From positions 2,430,001-2,462,000 of the forward strand of contig JALDRA010000001.1 of assembly GCA_031316235.1 (NCBI GenBank): a stretch of DNA of 32,000 nucleotides. The letters are read 5' to 3'. The position numbers and the translations under genes were made by a program. Of this stretch, positions 15,743-25,390 are shown in pieces. Numbering within the stretch: the stretch's first letter is position 1; the number at the start of each line of letters is the position of its first letter. The notes under the pieces were generated by a model. The model saw only the letters and a program-made list of their open reading frames with translations. It had not been told where the DNA came from and ran no database searches. Source of the stretch: Candidatus Scalindua sp. Lineage in GTDB: Bacteria > Planctomycetota > Brocadiia > Brocadiales > Scalinduaceae.

Positions 15743-16540
15743 ATAGATAACTCACTCACACAGTTTTTTGAATTTGCAATCAAGGTAAGCAGGGAAGCCG
15801 GGGAGCTGAACCGCTCATCTTTTGGAAATCCAAAAAAGGTTGATACAAAAAAGGACGATAGTCTGGTTACCGAGACTGATAAAGAGTCTGAAATACTCGT
15901 CAGGGAGAGGATTTTCAAGATTTTTCCAGAACACGGCATCCTTGGGGAAGAGTTTGGTCTGAAAGAATCTGACACGGATTATTACTGGTGCATAGACCCT
16001 CTGGACGGGACATCAAATTTTGTCCGGGGGATACCTCTTTTTGCTGTCTCGATAGCGCTCCTGCATAAAAACGAACCTATAGTAGGGGTTGTCTATGACC
16101 CGATACATAATAATTTATTTTCTGCCCTGAAAGGGGGAGGTGCTTTTCTCAACAATGTACCCTTGAGCACAACAAACAAACCATTACAGGAAAAATTATT
16201 ATTTGCTGTGCAATCGGATTATAAAGAAGAAATACCCGGTCACATGGTCCGTATACTGAAGAAGGCAAAGATCCGTAATGTTGGGGTTGCATCATTACAC
16301 ATCTGCTATGTCGCTGCGGGATGGCTTGATTGCTATGTTGACCAGAAGAGCTCACTCTGGGATATTGCTGCCGGTTCCCTCATTCTTACCGAAGCAGGAG
16401 GCACAATCAGCAATACTGATGGAGAAAATCTCTATCCCCTGAGGGACAGTATTGCCACCTATACGGAAAGAAAAATGCACTGTATCGGTGCGAAAAATGA
16501 CACACACAAAAGGGTCCTGAGCGAATTTTTTTTGTTATAA
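15743..16540 (+). CDS. inositol monophosphatase family protein; start codon non-canonical or uncertain
   Basis: Frame open from 15665. Motifs: LVTETDKESE, WCIDPLDGTSNF, WDIAAG. There is no in-frame ATG, GTG or TTG before 16163. SD ggaaaggag (15726-15734) lies 8 nt before ATA at 15743. The track shows only the C-terminal 125 aa. Confidence 0.8.
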   Translation: MDNSLTQFFEFAIKVSREAGELNRSSFGNPKKVDTKKDDSLVTETDKESEILVRERIFKIFPEHGILGEEFGLKESDTDYYWCIDPLDGTSNFVRGIPLFAVSIALLHKNEPIVGVVYDPIHNNLFSALKGGGAFLNNVPLSTTNKPLQEKLLFAVQSDYKEEIPGHMVRILKKAKIRNVGVASLHICYVAAGWLDCYVDQKSSLWDIAAGSLILTEAGGTISNTDGENLYPLRDSIATYTERKMHCIGAKNDTHKRVLSEFFLL

Positions 16541-17509
16541 GTGGTCTCTATGAAGAAGGAAGACAACACCTATCTCCTGGCTGCTGATGTAGGGGGTACG
16601 AATACCAGGGTTGCCGTGGTGACCCGTGAAGGCGGGATACATACTCTCTTGAAAAAACGTACCTGTAGTAAGGAAGGCAGGGATGAGATGATCCCGTTCC
16701 TTATCTCCCTTTTTAAAGAGACCATGAGAGAATCTAAACTCTCTCGTGAGAAGATAAGCGGCCTGGGGATTGGTTTTCCAGGTCCTTTAGATGCGCAAAC
16801 GGGTACCATATTCAATCCTCCTAACCTGCCGGGCTGGGATACTGTTCCGTTAAGACGTATACTCGAAGATGAATTCAGGATGCCTGTTTCAATTGAGAAT
16901 GATGCAAATGCAGCTGCACTTGGTGAATGGTGGAAGGGTGTCGGGGTCGGGACAAAGAGTTTCGTATGTATTACCCTGGGTACGGGTGTTGGAGGGGGCA
17001 TAATCCTGGATGGGAAACTCTGGTATGGGGCATCATCGATGGCGGGGGAAATTGGTCACACTACCATTATACGAAACGGGATACCCTGTACCTGTGGAAA
17101 TAACGGCTGTCTTGAGGCCTATGCTTCGGCCAGGGGCATTCTCGACAGAACACGGAGGATATTGGCGGAAACACAAAAAGGGGGACAGGCAGAGATGGAG
17201 CTCACGTTTGAAGATATCAGCAATATGGCGGCGCAGGGAGACGACAGGGTATTACCTGTCATTGAGGAAACAGGTGCTATCCTCGGTATTGCAGTGGCGA
17301 ACCTCGCTAATCTCCTCAATCCGGAAATGATTGCACTGTTTGGAGGTGTAACCAACCTGGGAGATAAACTTTTCATACCGATGAAGGAAGAGGTCAGAAA
17401 AAGGGCTTTTGAAAGGGCGAGAGAACCGCTCAAGATTGAAGTTGCAAAACTGGGTGATAACAGCGGGCTGCTTGGAGCGGCAAAAAGTATCCTGGAAAAA
17501 AGTCAGTAA
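16541..17509 (+). CDS. ROK-family sugar kinase (glucokinase-like)
   Basis: LAADVGGTNTRVAVV ATP-binding motif and the ROK zinc signature CTCGNNGCLEAYAS. GTG at 16541 abuts the upstream stop. An alternative ATG is at 16550. Confidence 0.88.
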   Translation: MVSMKKEDNTYLLAADVGGTNTRVAVVTREGGIHTLLKKRTCSKEGRDEMIPFLISLFKETMRESKLSREKISGLGIGFPGPLDAQTGTIFNPPNLPGWDTVPLRRILEDEFRMPVSIENDANAAALGEWWKGVGVGTKSFVCITLGTGVGGGIILDGKLWYGASSMAGEIGHTTIIRNGIPCTCGNNGCLEAYASARGILDRTRRILAETQKGGQAEMELTFEDISNMAAQGDDRVLPVIEETGAILGIAVANLANLLNPEMIALFGGVTNLGDKLFIPMKEEVRKRAFERAREPLKIEVAKLGDNSGLLGAAKSILEKSQ

Positions 17510-18015
17510 ACTTTCTGTATTCCCTCTAACGTTAAGAGCCTCTTCTTCAGGTGAATTCCAGATGAGTAGCCACCAAGACTCCCGTCAGAACAGACAACGC
17601 GGTGGCAAGGTATTGCGGGGGGTAATGGATTCGCACCAACTGCATTACCAACTGCCCTCGATGCATTCATATCCCCGATTTCACCGGCAACCCATTTGTA
17701 TGACCGCAATTCACCATAGGGAATATCCATGAGTTTTTTCCATACCTTTCTCTGGAATTGCGTCCCCGCACGTAAGTCTAAGGGAAATGAACACTCTCTC
17801 AGCTCGCCATTAAAATAGTCGAGGAGCACTTTCTGTATCTTCCCGAATTCCGACTTATCCTTGACAGCCTCTTCGCGAAACATTTTCTTCAGGGAGGATA
17901 AAAATTCAGCCTCATCCATACCTGAAAAGTCAATAGAACATACACCCTTTACGGTTTTTGCGGCAAAGACGCGGCCGAAAGGGGAATGAAAATCCGTATA
18001 ATAGATTTTTTCCAT
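17503..18015 (-). CDS. ogt: methylated-DNA--protein-cysteine methyltransferase
   Basis: Active-site IPCHRVV, NPLPPAIPCHRVVCSDGSLGGY; 170 aa. Confidence 0.9.
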   Translation of the reverse strand: MEKIYYTDFHSPFGRVFAAKTVKGVCSIDFSGMDEAEFLSSLKKMFREEAVKDKSEFGKIQKVLLDYFNGELRECSFPLDLRAGTQFQRKVWKKLMDIPYGELRSYKWVAGEIGDMNASRAVGNAVGANPLPPAIPCHRVVCSDGSLGGYSSGIHLKKRLLTLEGIQKVY

Positions 18016-18091
18016 ATGAAAACCATTGGTCTGTAACTATACATTATGAAGGGTCCAGGAAAAAATCGCCCGTATCTTTTCCTGAACCCTT

Positions 18092-18871
18092 CTATGCCTT
18101 ACGTCCGAAAACAAGCTTTGTTGCATTGATAAGACCGACTATAATAGCTGTTATCAAAAGAATAGTCAACAGGATTGAGAGTATGTATGAAATAGTCCTC
18201 CATGCATTGTCTAATATTTCCTGCCACCATTTGTACTCCAGTAAAGAAATCCCAATCCACTCTAAACCGAACAGGCTTAATCCCAAGACGAGAAAACCCA
18301 ATACAATGTACTTGATATCACTTCTGTGCGGTGCCATCGATACGGTAAAGATAATGGAGGCAAGAAAGAAAATGACCGAACCTATCGTATGGAAACCCTG
18401 AGTCCAGAATTTATTAAGCGTCAGCTGCAGTATGTCCAGCGAGTCCTTTGCGTATTCAAATACCGCCTTTAATGAATAGGTAAATTCATTCGGCAGCGTC
18501 TCATCCACCCGGATTGGGTTCCCAAGAATAACCGAAGTAACCACAAGGGCAAATGCACATCCAAACAGAGGAGAAGCCGAAATAAAGAAGTCAAAGAGGA
18601 AGGGGATCTTTGGTCTATCGTACTTGATAGTACCGCTTACAGGTTTAAAGATGTTGAGTTCCTTTATGGTAGTTCCCGTAATCAGACATAAAAGGGCATG
18701 ACTGAGCTCATGGACGATAATACCCGGAAAAAGGAAAAACTTGATTACCTTTACGTTCAGGTGTTTCTCCCATAACTTTTCAATACCAAAGCTCATGAAA
18801 ACAACAGCAATGAATGCAAAAGTAAAGGCCAGGTATACCGTTTCAGGCCTCCCTGAATTTCTGGGATACAA
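18092..18871 (-). CDS. polytopic membrane protein with HExxH motif (putative membrane metalloprotease)
   Basis: GIIVHELSHALLCLITG lies within a hydrophobic protein. The start is an uncertain TTG. Confidence 0.55.
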   Translation of the reverse strand: MYPRNSGRPETVYLAFTFAFIAVVFMSFGIEKLWEKHLNVKVIKFFLFPGIIVHELSHALLCLITGTTIKELNIFKPVSGTIKYDRPKIPFLFDFFISASPLFGCAFALVVTSVILGNPIRVDETLPNEFTYSLKAVFEYAKDSLDILQLTLNKFWTQGFHTIGSVIFFLASIIFTVSMAPHRSDIKYIVLGFLVLGLSLFGLEWIGISLLEYKWWQEILDNAWRTISYILSILLTILLITAIIVGLINATKLVFGRKA

Positions 18872-19142
18872 ATAGTACAGTAAGACGATAAAAAGTGTTA
18901 TCAGAACGCAACTCCTGCAAAAAAGGTGATTTAGATTTACTGTCCGTATTTAAGTGTTTCGGTATTTTTTTGACAGGGCTCAAGTATGTATCGTACCATG
19001 GACAGTACAAAAATCCATTTTACCTCACACTACTCAATGCATGATCATTACCAGATTTTAGGCTATAAATTAATGTTGTCAATAGTTTTCAAATTTCAGA
19101 GATCAGTTGGCAATGGGTATAGTATGGATTTCATATTTAATC

Positions 19143-19757
19143 TTACCGTAATCGATCCCTGAGCTCCTTTGAAATTTTACTGGGTGTTGAATATCCTGAT
19201 TCTGCCCATTGCTTAAACGCCAGCTTGACGAAGTATTCGGCTTCCTGAAAATCTTCTGAATAATCTTTTATCTCATCATGTGACGGTTCTGCTAACTCTG
19301 TCTGGAATATTTGCTTAACATTCGTAATGTCTTCTGCCGATACTGCTTTTTCTAACTCTTTTCCCTTTTTTGAGATTAAATAGGAAATGATCTTGTCTGA
19401 CCATGCACTGCTGAGATAATATGAAGCTATCAGGTGTTCAAGGTCGCCGGCCTCGTGCCGTGATCTAAGTCCTTCGTATATGAGCTGTTTCTGTTCATTA
19501 ATTTCCCGATTAGAAAGTGATAGCCCTTCTGACAGCAAAGAGATTTTCGACAAACCTTCCAGTCTCTTCGCTTCCTGTACTGCAATCTGATAGAAAACTC
19601 CATCGTCATCTTCATAACTTGTCATTACATCCCATAAAGCAGAACAATAGAGAAGCTTATAGCCTGTTGGTAATTCTGTTTTTGCATAACTGATACCTGG
19701 TAAAACCAGAATAAGCAGGGTAAAAAAGGCAATTTTTCTCAAGTACTTACGCATCAT
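19143..19757 (-). CDS. secreted hypothetical protein
   Basis: Signal peptide MMRKYLRKIAFFTLLILVLPGISYA; 204 aa; no family recognised. Confidence 0.55.
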   Translation of the reverse strand: MMRKYLRKIAFFTLLILVLPGISYAKTELPTGYKLLYCSALWDVMTSYEDDDGVFYQIAVQEAKRLEGLSKISLLSEGLSLSNREINEQKQLIYEGLRSRHEAGDLEHLIASYYLSSAWSDKIISYLISKKGKELEKAVSAEDITNVKQIFQTELAEPSHDEIKDYSEDFQEAEYFVKLAFKQWAESGYSTPSKISKELRDRLR

Positions 19758-20359
19758 TTAGTAATCCCTTTCCTCTTTTAAAGCTACGGCTGGAAAAAAT
19801 TATTTTTTCTGTGAACAAGTTGTTCGCAGGATCTTCAACTCTGTTGCTCTATTCACAAGCTCCGTACCAAAACAACAATAAAGCATTCAAAAAACCACTG
19901 GTTTTATAACGCATTATTTGCACAATCTTTAGGTGCGGAAGTGAGAAAAAAAAGATCACTCATTTTGCACAGCAGTTGTCGGTAAAAATAAACAGATTCC
20001 TGTGTATAAGTCATGTTGATTGCAACAAACACCTGTAGAGATGATACTTACGGGTAGCTCATTTTTTTCTGAATAAATAGACAATACCTGACAGGAAAGG
20101 GAACAGGACGAGGTCTGGATTACTTACCCTATCCGATATTTTCACAAGAAGCGTCTGCTTGGGTGTCTGTTCTAAATTGAGGCAGTGGTGGGGATCCTGA
20201 AAAAATAAAACTATGATCAGGAATGAATCTTGGTCAAGAGTGAGAAGTGAAAAGAGGGGCATTTGAATCAACTGGGCAGTTGCTGCCGGAACGGTTACCA
20301 CATTGTAAACAAAAAATATGAAAAGGGTGACAATTTAAAATTCCGTACACTATAAACAA

Positions 20360-20400
20360 AGCCCCCGATACCTTTTTATGGATATCGGGGGCTTTTTCGT
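20360..20400. terminator. GC-rich hairpin with T-runs on both strands (bidirectional terminator candidate)
   Basis: agcccccgata-N11-tatcgggggct is followed by tttttcgtt on the plus strand and by ttgtttat on the minus strand. It lies ~110 nt downstream of csp. Confidence 0.6.
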
Positions 20401-20508
20401 TATCATTATACTAATACTTTACAACTACTCCATATTGATTATGATATACAACTCTCTTTCGATAGATTATACAGGATAAAATATATGAGTATGTTTTATA
20501 ATATATAT

Positions 20509-20709
20509 TTATATTTTGACAACATTTGAGGCTTTGCTGCCTTTTTCACCCTGTTCTACGTCAAACTCTACCTGGTCGCCTTCTGAAAGGCTTTTAAAGC
20601 CTTCAGACTGGATTGCGGTATGGTGAACAAAGACATCTTCCCCATTCTCCGGAGTAATAAAACCAAACCCCTTTGAATCATTAAACCACTTAACTGTTCC
20701 GTTTTGCAT
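20509..20709 (-). CDS. csp: cold-shock protein, CspA family
   Basis: [30 protein letters not shown] contains the RNP1/RNP2 motifs. ATG at 20709 is preceded by agggggtg. The track start (GTG 20721) is probably too far upstream. Confidence 0.93.
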   Translation of the reverse strand: MQNGTVKWFNDSKGFGFITPENGEDVFVHHTAIQSEGFKSLSEGDQVEFDVEQGEKGSKASNVVKI

Positions 20710-20743
20710 ATTGAAAATCACCCCCTTTAATATAGTAAAAAGG

Positions 20744-20786
20744 TAAAAAAATAAAAAAAGGCTGCAAGATTGGAAACCTTGCAGCC
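20744..20786 (-). terminator. rho-independent terminator after the 1465-aa gene
   Basis: Minus strand: ggctgcaag-gtttccaat-cttgcagcc followed by ttttttttattttttt. Confidence 0.75.
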
Positions 20787-20878
20787 TTTATATAAGAGTA
20801 TATAACGATCGATACAACTACCAACTGAAACCGATACTATCACACATGAATCATGAATGCAAGGATAAAATATTTCGT

Positions 20879-23800
20879 TCACAGCCGAGAGTTAAAGAGT
20901 GACAGGCAGTTTAAAGAATTAAAAAGCACCTTTCTTTGGAATTGCCTTGCAAAAGAACCGATATTGCCTGGTGCAGCGAGTCTTTTTTTGCCTTTCTTCT
21001 GTTGTTTCTTTGTAAAACACTCTCTCACTTCAAAGGCGAAACGATCGATTATTTCAGAATTAACGGTATCACCGTTCATCGACAGGGTTAATGAGATTAA
21101 ATCCTTTTCTTCTCCAACATGAAAATACTGAGCCTCTGCAACTTTGTTAGGCATGCACTCATGCGGACCAACAGATATGACCCCGTCAATAACTCCATAC
21201 TCATTTTCATGAACAGGGCCTCCCAATGTAAGAACCGCTTCACCATGTAATTCAGAGTTTATATAAGGAGACGAGGCTTTTATGGAATCAGCAACCGATG
21301 TGCGTGTTCCCCAGCCTAAAGTGCCGGCGAAAATATTATATATGCGATTAATGACACCAATCTCTACTTCAGAAGAGAACCGTGCTTTTAGAAGGTGATC
21401 ACCATTCAGGTTGCGACCTTCTTTAATCCGTTGTATTTGACAAAATGTAATATATTCTAACCATTCGGTAAAAGGGGCAACGATAACACGCAGCCCTCTT
21501 TCTTCAAGCTTCTTTATGATAAAGTTATTAGCATAAGGTTCCATCCTGACATATATTTCACCTACCATCGCAACAGTCGGTAATCTTTTTGAAAAGTCCT
21601 TAGCTTGCCGAAAATCATTTGCAGCGCGGGACATCAGGTCTGATATCCCGAACATTCCTTTGGGTAATTCACCAAGAGCGGTTAACAATGAGCTTGCACT
21701 GCTATTTGAAAGTAGCTCAATAAGGTCATTGAAATACCGATTGTAGATTTGCTGGCTTATTCCCTGTTCTCTCTCACAGGGCCTTACGTCATGTAATGCA
21801 GCGGTAAGCAGATCAGAAGCGGCATATCCTGCTATCGCACGTACCCGGAAATCCGGTGACATTCCCGCAAAATAGTCCTGATCGCTGGGTGCGACAATAC
21901 GAACCCGATTTCCCCAATTGGTTTTTTCCAGGATGATCTTATGCAGGATATTATATACTCCAAATCTACATGGTCCATTAGACGTTGGCATAAAGAAAGC
22001 AAATCGTTTATTACTATCGTTTTCTTTGCTCAGTCTCTCCAAAAGGCTTCCGGCGGTAATTATCATGGGAATACACTCTTTGCCAGAGGTATATTGCCGT
22101 CCAAGCCGTAGAGAGTCATTAGTTGGTTCGGGAAGTGTTTCAGCACAAATCCCTTCAGATTGAAGTAATGATGTTAAAATATCTGGGACTGCACCCATAC
22201 TCGGCAGTAATACTACTTCCTTATTCTGGCTGGCTTCCCTGATGTTGGTATTATGATCTTCCAGTGCCTTGAAATCAGGAGATTTCAAGGACGCCCTTTT
22301 GGTGTCTTCCAGTCGCTTATACCTTTCTACACAATAAAGAAATGCCTCAATTCTGGTCTTGGTACCGGCATCACCCGCATGTCCATCGGTTTCAATGATA
22401 GAAAATGGTTTATTTTCCATAATATAGGAAAAAAAGTGAAGGTTAAAACTGTCGGGTCCACAGGAATAATTTGAGCAGTATATTGCGTAAACATTATCAG
22501 TCCGCCGGATTTGATGTGCAGCCCGAAGAATTAACTGGCTATATCCCCAATACATATCGGTAAAGACCGGCACATCGCTGGTAACTGGATAACAATCCAC
22601 TGGAATAGCTATAGCCCCCTGGGATCTAAGCAGGTTAGGTACATTTGAATTGAGAACGTCGTTGTGAATTGTATACGTTCTACCCAGCACAACAACGGGA
22701 ACAATATTGTTGGTAAGAGCAAAATTCAATGCTCGCTGTCCTATTTCTTTAAGTCTCCGGTCAAAATCACTTTGAGCCCTGCAGGCCTCTGTGTACGCGT
22801 CTGTGTATCGCTTTTGGCTTCCTACTTCTTTTGCTAAACTTCGGCATATTTTTTTAAAGCGCTCAGAGTGTAAACTTTCCTTACCCATATCTATTCGAGT
22901 GGTAATGAATCGGGGGGAAGTCTTCCCCGTCCCTGATCTTTGTACTATATCGGGGCTGCCCTGGACTATTGGACAGGTATTGGCGATTGTCTCCTCTTTT
23001 TGACGTGGCAGCTCCCGTAACCGCGGAGCAAAGATATAATCCGGCTCATCAGCAATTATTCGGGATATGATCCCATAATATAATTGCATGGGGGCGCAAA
23101 AAGGAATATTTGCTGCTTCTATTCCTGTTTTAAGTTCCTTATATCCAGCTCCAGAATAAATACGTGGTACAAGGCCCAGGGATTTGAAAAAAGTCACGTA
23201 ATATGGAATCAGACCTTTCAGGGTAAATTCTTCACAGATAGCTATAGTCTGTCCCCCGGCAGCCTGATGAGCCTCTCCTATTACAGCTTGAATCATCTCC
23301 CTGCGTTCTAAAAATGGATCTGGAGTGAGATCAGGAAGTTTCTTTTTTGATCGGGTACCTTTATCATATAAAGAACAGTTGCCGCCCCATAAAAATCTCT
23401 GTTTGTTTTTATTAACCGTGGTATATATGCGATCAATACGACACTTATTACCACTGCCGCCACAGGCCTTGGTTGATTTGCAGATAAATTGATCTCTGCG
23501 GTCAACAGTTGCGTTTAAAAACTTTTCAAGCTCCAGGGCCTTATCAGCTGTGGTAATTTCCTTATGTGTGAGGAGCGAGATTCCCAGGGCTCCTATGGTG
23601 CCCGGATTCGCCGGTATGATAACCTGTCGTCCGGTCTGTCGACCAACAGCTGCGGCTAAAGCATCTGACATAAAAGGCATTCCCTGGCAGAAAATGCGTT
23701 TTCCGACAGAACGGTTACCTTTCACCCTGTTCAGGTAGTTTTGAATGATTGAATCATATATACCAGCCAGAATAGGACCCTGATCACAACCCGAGGCAAC

Positions 23801-25276
23801 TGCCTCATCGATAACTTCTGCCATAAAGACCGAGCAGTGCTGTCCGAGGGATAAACAATGATCAGCTTCCATAGCCATCTTTCCCATTTCTTTAATATCA
23901 GTTACATTTTGAAATTTTTTACCCTGCTCTTCAATAAATGATCCAGTTCCAGCACTGCAGGCTTCATTCATTGCGGCATCGCATACACGACCATTATCAA
24001 GGCGAATATACTTGGCGTCTTGCCCTCCTATCTCGAAGATGGTATCCACCATTGGATCAAAATAGAGTGCTCCCTCGGCATGGGCGGCTATTTCATTGAG
24101 GACAAAAACAACATCGGTGCCAAAACACGAAGCCAGGAGAGAACCCACGATTTCACGACCTGATCCGGTCACTCCAACTGCATAAACCTCAAGCCTGTGA
24201 TCTGTTTCATGTAAAAACATATCAGTAAGTTTTCGAGCGGCACAAACGGGATCTCCTGAAGTATTTACATAGCCTTCCCAGAGAGTCTTTTTTGTATTAA
24301 TCTCAATGGCCACAGCCTTGGAACCGGTTGATCCAATATCATAACCCAGGATGGTCTTACAGAGTTCATCTGTAAGTATAATTTCCGGCCTCTGCATTCT
24401 TGTTACCCTGTTTAAAGCACTGGTCAAAGGAGCTGTAACCTCCAGGGAAGAATGGTCATGAGGTGAAATTACCATTTCCAGGGATGGGAGTTCTGGTTTT
24501 TGCTCTGCCGCGATAAGAGCGGCACCGAGAGCTTCCAGGAAAAGACCATCATCGGGATTGGATTCGACAAGCGTCATTCCCCTTGAGGTAAGAAAATGAC
24601 GAAAGTTATCATGCACTCGCCTGGATATACACACTCCGCCATTTAATAATACCCGTGGCGGAGAGAGATTAGGTTTTATCAATACCTGCACGTTTTCGCA
24701 GACAGCATCGTAGAGACCGGCAAGTATTGCACGACGGTCTTCTCCCTTATTTGCGAGATGGGTCATGTCCGTTTTAAGAATCACGGGACATCGGCCTGAA
24801 AGAGATGCTGGTTCCTTTACATCACAAGCCATTTTACTGGCAGTCTCTATATCAAGATCAAAACGTTCTACCAGTTGGCGTAAAAAATTTCCTGTACCTT
24901 GTGAACAGCGTGAGTTTTCTCGAAATATTTGCTGATTACCCGTACGTAGTTCAAGCACTGAAAAACCATGGCTGCCAATTGAAACAACGGTTATTGGTTT
25001 AATCTCCGGGTATTTATAACTGACACCTTTTGCAAGTGCGGCTTTGGTAGGTACACGCTCAAGATTGAGAACCCTGCTTATACGTCCGGTTGTTACGACC
25101 GAGGTTAAGCTTTCCCAATCAAGCTTGCTTATTCCTTTTTTAAAAGCATGAAGGGGGTTTTTATCATGAGCGACAATAAACTCATACGTTATGACAAGCT
25201 GGCCTTTGTGGCGCTCAAGCAAGATAAATTTGATTGTTTCAGCGCCTAAATCTATACCGAGATATCGTTCATGCAT
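20879..25276 (-). CDS. BadF/BadG/BcrA/BcrD-type ATPase (2-hydroxyacyl-CoA dehydratase activase-like) fused to a large activase-associated C-terminal region
   Basis: Two acetate/sugar-kinase-type ATPase modules (LGIDLGAETIKF...; LGYDIGSTGSKAV...). They are followed by ~850 aa typical of the long 'CoA-substrate-specific enzyme activase' proteins. 1465 aa. Confidence 0.75.
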   Translation of the reverse strand: MHERYLGIDLGAETIKFILLERHKGQLVITYEFIVAHDKNPLHAFKKGISKLDWESLTSVVTTGRISRVLNLERVPTKAALAKGVSYKYPEIKPITVVSIGSHGFSVLELRTGNQQIFRENSRCSQGTGNFLRQLVERFDLDIETASKMACDVKEPASLSGRCPVILKTDMTHLANKGEDRRAILAGLYDAVCENVQVLIKPNLSPPRVLLNGGVCISRRVHDNFRHFLTSRGMTLVESNPDDGLFLEALGAALIAAEQKPELPSLEMVISPHDHSSLEVTAPLTSALNRVTRMQRPEIILTDELCKTILGYDIGSTGSKAVAIEINTKKTLWEGYVNTSGDPVCAARKLTDMFLHETDHRLEVYAVGVTGSGREIVGSLLASCFGTDVVFVLNEIAAHAEGALYFDPMVDTIFEIGGQDAKYIRLDNGRVCDAAMNEACSAGTGSFIEEQGKKFQNVTDIKEMGKMAMEADHCLSLGQHCSVFMAEVIDEAVASGCDQGPILAGIYDSIIQNYLNRVKGNRSVGKRIFCQGMPFMSDALAAAVGRQTGRQVIIPANPGTIGALGISLLTHKEITTADKALELEKFLNATVDRRDQFICKSTKACGGSGNKCRIDRIYTTVNKNKQRFLWGGNCSLYDKGTRSKKKLPDLTPDPFLERREMIQAVIGEAHQAAGGQTIAICEEFTLKGLIPYYVTFFKSLGLVPRIYSGAGYKELKTGIEAANIPFCAPMQLYYGIISRIIADEPDYIFAPRLRELPRQKEETIANTCPIVQGSPDIVQRSGTGKTSPRFITTRIDMGKESLHSERFKKICRSLAKEVGSQKRYTDAYTEACRAQSDFDRRLKEIGQRALNFALTNNIVPVVVLGRTYTIHNDVLNSNVPNLLRSQGAIAIPVDCYPVTSDVPVFTDMYWGYSQLILRAAHQIRRTDNVYAIYCSNYSCGPDSFNLHFFSYIMENKPFSIIETDGHAGDAGTKTRIEAFLYCVERYKRLEDTKRASLKSPDFKALEDHNTNIREASQNKEVVLLPSMGAVPDILTSLLQSEGICAETLPEPTNDSLRLGRQYTSGKECIPMIITAGSLLERLSKENDSNKRFAFFMPTSNGPCRFGVYNILHKIILEKTNWGNRVRIVAPSDQDYFAGMSPDFRVRAIAGYAASDLLTAALHDVRPCEREQGISQQIYNRYFNDLIELLSNSSASSLLTALGELPKGMFGISDLMSRAANDFRQAKDFSKRLPTVAMVGEIYVRMEPYANNFIIKKLEERGLRVIVAPFTEWLEYITFCQIQRIKEGRNLNGDHLLKARFSSEVEIGVINRIYNIFAGTLGWGTRTSVADSIKASSPYINSELHGEAVLTLGGPVHENEYGVIDGVISVGPHECMPNKVAEAQYFHVGEEKDLISLTLSMNGDTVNSEIIDRFAFEVRECFTKKQQKKGKKRLAAPGNIGSFARQFQRKVLFNSLNCLSLFNSRL

Positions 25277-25390
25277 GGGTAAACTCCAAAAAGATAAGAA
25301 GAAATGATAAAGCTACGTATTATCTAAGTCAAGGAGAAAAGCGCTATAACTGTTCAGGCAGTTCAACCATTGGTATACGCATGGATCGCA

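Noticed and set aside
20059-20301. 80-aa minus-strand ORF in the long intergenic region
   Set aside because: No RBS, no recognisable motif, and low-complexity hydrophobic or odd composition. I treated it as non-coding.
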